A stretch of DNA of 64,000 bases from Eledone cirrhosa (Eukaryota). Below the pieces are notes generated by a model. It was not told the origin of the DNA. It was given only the letters and a program-made list of their open reading frames with translations, and searched no databases. Shown here one piece after another: positions 60,739 to 64,000 of the stretch. Position 1 is the stretch's first letter. Each line of letters starts with the position of its first letter. The translations under genes and the position numbers were made by a program. Location: assembly GCA_964016885.1 (NCBI GenBank), contig OZ024742.1, positions 90,892,001 to 90,956,000 of the forward strand, given 5' to 3'.

Positions 60739-60957
60739 TGGAATGGCAGAATCGGTAGAAATGCGGATCAAATGCTTCGTGGCATAGAGTTACAGCCCTT
60801 TGCGTTCTGATTTAAAATTCCGCCGAAGTTAGCTTTTCTTTTCAACCTTACGGGGGTCGATAAAATAAAGTACGAGTAAGCATTGGGGTCGATTTAATCG
60901 ACTTTCCCTTCCCTCCAAATTGCTGGCCTTGTGCCTAAAGTAGAAAAAAATGATTAC
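60739..60957 (+). mobile_element. tRNA-derived octopus-type SINE (decayed relatives ~6775-6880, 8081-8169, 9255-9390, 63685-63755; reverse ~20560-20740, 26575-26700)
   Basis: tggcagaatcggtag head; ggggtcgataaaataaagtac...ggggtcgatttaatcgact...ggccttgtgcc body. Confidence 0.7.
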
Positions 60958-61406
60958 TATATATATATATATATATATACGAGGGTCGGCTGAAAAGTTC
61001 ATAGGCTGTATATTTAATAGGCTAGTCAAGGTACGAGTAATATGTGAGTAATTATAGTGGACGAGTCCACTATTGTTTTTAGTAAGGTGCGAAAAGCTCA
61101 ATGCGCACTTGAGGTCCCCATCAAGCAGGAATCCGAGTCCAATCAAAGGTGTACTTCGAGGGTTAAGGTATCTGCAGTTGAAGATGGTGAGGGCATAAAT
61201 AATTAATACTGAATAAACCTGATGTCATGCATTTAAGGGTCAATACCACTTGGAAGATTATTTATTGTAACAGAATGGTTCATTGTTTAAATTTAGATGA
61301 ATTTACAAGACTATCATCTGTATAGAAATATTTGTTGAGATTAAAGATGGACTGAATTAAAACAAAATTGATTTATAACCTTGATTTATTGTGTATATAT
61401 ATTTAT

Positions 61407-61477
<71 letters not shown>

Positions 61478-61478
<1 letters not shown>

Positions 61479-62060
61479 CATGATGAGATCATCAATCACA
61501 TCTATAAAGCGACAGACGCCTTTGACAAACTACATCATCGTCTACAGTGTGTGAAAGCTATATCCTTAAAAACGAAAGTTGCACTTTATCGTGCAGTGGA
61601 ACTGACAACAGTCTTATACAGTTCGTAGTCATGGACATTTTATGGAACCCACATTTATAATCTTAGTGTCTTCCAGAAATGTCTTCATTCTATCTGTGGT
61701 TATGCACTTTGTGACAGAATCTCCAATGCTGATCTTTTCACTAGAGGAAATATCGGTGGGATTGAGTCATTTCTGATGTAATCCAAACTCAGATTGGTTG
61801 CACATGTCTTACGGATGACTGAGGACCGCACACCCAAAGTACACTTATACTGTCAACTGAATAATGGTGCATGTAATGTAGACAGAACATTACTCAGATA
61901 TAAAGAAAAACTAAAGTACAACATTAAATCTTCTTTTGCACCCCAGCTGCTGACCGTGTAAAATGAAGACTGTGCCACGAAGGTATAAACAACTATGAAA
62001 AATCTCATCTCATCCGTCTTCATGATGTAAAGTCTAACACCAAGATGCGCTCAAAATAAA
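61478..62060 (+). mobile_element. RTE/BovB-like LINE ORF 3' fragment
   Basis: DEIINHIYKATDAFDKL...KTKVALYRAVELTTVLYSS*SW, followed by LRLVAHVLRMTEDRTPK..LYCQL. Confidence 0.75.
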
Positions 62061-62236
62061 CTCATCTGCACTAAATGCGGCTTGATGTACATCAGCAGCT
62101 AGAATAAAGTGACATTTAAGACATAACCATAAAAGATTGTACTGAGAAGACTGTTGCACCCACATATGTCGATATACGACGGGAGAGTCCAACATATATA
62201 TATACATATATATACATATATGGGTAATTGTGTGTG

Positions 62237-62283
<47 letters not shown>

Positions 62284-62667
62284 GGGTATGTATGTGTGAG
62301 CCCATATACATACATTGTAGAAGATACCTTTTCTAATCCAGATGATTTATTACGTGAGACGAGACAATAGGAATTTATTTCTTGTCAAGTTGTAAAAATG
62401 ACAAGAGTATATCTGTCAAACAAAAAAGAAAACTACAAGTGATTTTTATTAGGTAGGTTTAACTAGTCATTTGCATTCTGTATGACGTTACATATATATA
62501 TATATATATACATGTGTGTGTGTGTGCGTCTGTGTGGTTTTAGGCATTGGACCGCTGCCTTAATATGCCATATTTAATATCAATCATATCGGCCCCCCCA
62601 GTACTAATTTTATCGATGTCTATTACTCAAATCACTAGGTTATGGATACCAACATTATCACGCGCAC

Positions 62668-62708
<41 letters not shown>

Positions 62709-64000
62709 TTGTGTGTGTGTATTTGTGTGTGTGTGTGTTTGTGGGTTCGTGTATTGGCGCACTGGGTCTAATAATATTGGTTGTCAGGAGGAGACAAATG
62801 GGCCCACCCACAACTACAATACTATCATTTAATTTTTGTATCAAATAAATAGTTTTTTTTTTTAAAATCCAGTGTGTGTGTGTTTATATACATTTGTGTG
62901 TGTGTTTGTATACATTTGTGTGTATATATATATATATATATACAACGCACTTCGGCGCAATTTCAGTGATCCGCTTGAATTACACTTAATGAGTACTCAT
63001 CAACACGAGTGTTATTGAACCCGAGACGACGCGGTCACGAAGATCCCTTCTTAACCACACAGCTATAGCCGCGCCTATAAAAATAAACATTTAAGAGTTG
63101 GAGCTTGCTAATAGTTTATATTCTCACGCGGTGACAATGACTAATATATTTAATTTATTACAATTTTCTTTATACAATACATGAGTATGAATTTACATAG
63201 TGAAATGTGGGACTATCATATTTTGTTTTCTCATTTGGATGGGTTTTTTTTAATATCAAACAGGTGAAAGGGCATTGGATTCGCTTACTGTGTCTGGAGA
63301 GTCATAGTAGATTAAGTAGATTAAGATCTAAGTTCAAATCGTGCTGCCGATTTGACAAACTGTTTTTATTTTCATTAATTCCGCTTCCTGAAACCAATGA
63401 AATCGTGGGTGGCTGAAAAGTTCATAGGCTATCTATGAAGGGTTGATACTAGAACTGTGAAATTTTGCACGCATTAATTTCATCTCCCCTAATTAATAAC
63501 TACATAGTTTCTTTCCAGGGACGATGTTGAAAAGTGAACCTCATTCGGTCATTTCATGAGAGTTATTTGGTCAGCCTATGAACTTTTTAGTCGACTCTCG
63601 AATGCTAGCATGTAATAACGAGGGGTCGATTTTTGTAGGCATGCCTGAAATCATTATCAACTTTTTAGGTGGTCATATTTAGAGTGTACGAGGTCAACTT
63701 TGCTTTTCATCCATATGCGATCGATAAAGAAATTACCAGTCATGTACTGGGTGTCCTTCTTCCTCTATATTTGTTTATTATTTCCAGTCGCCCGCTTTCT
63801 GTCATTCTGTGGAAGAAATCTGCTGAAATCCGACCAGGAGAGAGATGGGCTCTGCCAGATTTTTAAATGACCTAGAAAGGGCCGTATTTCAACACGGCAC
63901 CCCAACAATCCCCTCAGGAATTATGGGACTATGCATATGTATTTGTTAAGATGATTTGTGGTGTGCAAGTTACATTACTTTACGTTCTATATTTAAATGG

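Overview
This is an AT-rich, microsatellite-dense eukaryotic window. The (TA)n/(CA)n tracts and tRNA-derived SINEs suggest an octopus-like cephalopod (inference). I see no convincing host protein-coding gene, and nearly all listed ORFs are microsatellite artefacts. Recognisable content: a decayed near-full-length Tx1-type (L1-group) LINE plus three fragments, two Penelope-like (GIY-YIG) remnants, an internally deleted Helitron, Tc1/mariner remnants and MITEs, RTE fragments, SINEs, a U6 snRNA pseudogene and a 200-N gap. The main unexplained structure is a dense set of short non-coding inserts sitting inside (TA)n tracts. They carry about 20 type I hammerhead ribozyme motifs (CUGAnGA...GAAA-short, often palindromic stem III-UH, closed by stem I) from several sequence families. 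They take three forms: fold-back hairpins, head-to-tail ~542-nt monomers (53446-55085), and circularly permuted, terminally redundant copies (24092-24785 vs 55657-56244). Together these suggest a Penelope-mobilised, (TA)n-targeting, retrozyme/circular-RNA-like system. All ribozyme calls are folded by eye; activity and expression are untested.
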